From the NCBI GenBank assembly GCA_965208575.1, contig CBDBOV010000003.1:384001-448000 (forward strand): 64,000 nt of DNA, read 5' to 3'. The notes below the pieces were generated by a model. The model saw nothing but the letters and a program-made list of their open reading frames with translations. It was not told the DNA's origin and searched no databases. Positions 62,912 through 64,000 of this stretch are shown here, piece after piece (position 1 is the stretch's first letter; each line of letters starts with the position of its first letter). The translations under genes and the position numbers were made by a program. The DNA comes from Spirochaetia bacterium. Its GTDB lineage: Bacteria > Spirochaetota > Spirochaetia > SZUA-6 > Bin103.

Positions 62912-63803
62912 CGTGAGTTTCCTAGTTATTGCGGGTGGCTGGCAGTCTGAGTAGATAAGTCATTTTAGGATAGCAAGTTACTCGCTATCCTGTCGGACGG
63001 GGCTTGTATACACTGACCGTGGTGCTGTCAGGGATGGGCGTGTCGGTATACGTCAAGTAGGCGGCACAGTTTGTCTTGCAGGGACGAGCGTTCAGAGAGC
63101 ACGTATTGAGCCCGGTAGCGCCCTCTGGTGGCCGGCTCAGGCGCGGCGTAGAGGTTGACCACTTCGGTCACGCCGCTGAGTTCCGTCAGTAGTTGCTCGA
63201 TGGTAAGGAGTTGTCCGCCGTCGGCCGCCTTGCGTTGCAGCAGCGAACTCAGCAGCAGTGCCAACACACAATAGAACACGTGTACGCGCAGCTTCTGATC
63301 GGTCCAGTGGAAGGTCGGCGAGAAGCTCACCCAGTGGGGATTCTTCATCTGCTTGAACGCCCGCTCCACGTGATGTTGAGCGCGGCTGGCCAAGATGATC
63401 TCCTGGTCGCTCCACGACTCGTTGTCGGTGCACAGGATGCGTTTGCCCAAGCGCCGGCGTTGCAAGCGCTGGTACGCTGCCCAATCGGTGCGAAATCGAA
63501 AACTGAGCACGCCGTCGGATTCGCTGATCTGAACCTTGAGAATCTGCTTTACGTACTGACCCGAGGTGATCGTGTCGAAATGCTTCTGCAAGGATGCTCT
63601 GCTGTAGCCTTTGCCCTTTGCTCCCGGTAGCTGGCTGCGCGCCAGCTTGCTGCGCAAGGCGCGCAACGCGGCGCGCTTCTTGCGCAACGCGTGGTTGATC
63701 CCAGCCAGCTGCCCGTCCAGCAACCGGCGACTGTTGGTGACCACCACGGTGCGGCGCTCACCCCAGATCACCTTGTCGCTGCGGTAAGCGGTCACCCCGG
63801 CCA
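62912..63803 (-). mobile_element. IS1634-like element, 3' part (copy 2), truncated at ~63803
   Basis: Inverted copy of 1-465; CTAG at 62908-62911. Confidence 0.8.
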
Positions 63804-63804
63804 A
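63028..63804 (-). CDS. IS1634-like transposase, C-terminal 258 aa (5' end missing)
   Basis: LGKRILCTD...WS..EII...R.Q..VERAFKQMK. Confidence 0.8.
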   Translation of the reverse strand: MAGVTAYRSDKVIWGERRTVVVTNSRRLLDGQLAGINHALRKKRAALRALRSKLARSQLPGAKGKGYSRASLQKHFDTITSGQYVKQILKVQISESDGVLSFRFRTDWAAYQRLQRRRLGKRILCTDNESWSDQEIILASRAQHHVERAFKQMKNPHWVSFSPTFHWTDQKLRVHVFYCVLALLLSSLLQRKAADGGQLLTIEQLLTELSGVTEVVNLYAAPEPATRGRYRAQYVLSERSSLQDKLCRLLDVYRHAHP

Positions 63805-64000
63805 TGGACCGCTTCGGGCGCACTCACTTCTCCGGCGACAACTCGCTGTTCCTGCCGGCGCACTACCTGAAGCAGTTCCACGCCGAGTTCAACGACGACG
63901 CCGCGGCGCTGGCCGCCGAGCTCGGCTTCGAGGACTGGATCCAGATGTTCAACGACCGCCGCGCGCAGGGCTACAACCAGTCGGCGGTGACGGTCGGGCG
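63804..64000 (+). CDS. Internal fragment of a family-5 ABC solute-binding protein
   Basis: Translation MDRFGRTHFSGDNSLFLPAHYLKQFHAEFNDDAAALAAELGFEDW...; the P.HYLKQFH motif is internal in such proteins. Confidence 0.6.
   Translation, partial: MDRFGRTHFSGDNSLFLPAHYLKQFHAEFNDDAAALAAELGFEDWIQMFNDRRAQGYNQSAVTVG

Overview
High-GC bacterial DNA; the sulfatase-, PhyH- and toxin-antitoxin-rich content would fit an environmental or host-associated metagenome bin, but taxonomy cannot be fixed from this window. Two inward-facing copies of one IS1634-like element bracket the window. The right copy joins unrelated sequence at ~63803, so this is probably a contig broken at the IS. Left part: cupin-queG-mnmE, an omptin-like gene and lipoprotein split by an intact IS1380 (CTAG duplication), a five-gene Opp/Dpp-type ABC operon, and an FNR-like reductase with mnmG. 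Next comes a six-gene partner-switching module (output-less sensor, HAMP-MFS fusion, solute-binding protein, Cache-HAMP-PP2C-HATPase, STAS, RsbW-like) behind amtB, and a 3.8-kb TG...CA transposon carrying a second, broken transposase. Middle: MTA/SAH-nucleosidase homologue and MFS, then prpBCD divergent from a cobalamin riboswitch that heads a btuCFD-cobTSCUO salvage operon. Right third (42.7-62.9 kb) is accessory and defence-like: a small basic protein plus a catalytically dead ImmA/IrrE-like protein, an orphan BsuBI/PstI nuclease domain, two sulfatases, an ADP-ribosylglycohydrolase, six type II/VII TA modules (some broken), a DprA-PRTase pair, a trypsin-like protease and a mosaic of gene fragments tied by interleaved direct repeats. 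Best candidates for undescribed systems are the small-protein/pseudo-ImmA pair and the HAMP-MFS partner-switching module. All family calls come from reading motifs by eye; no searches were run.
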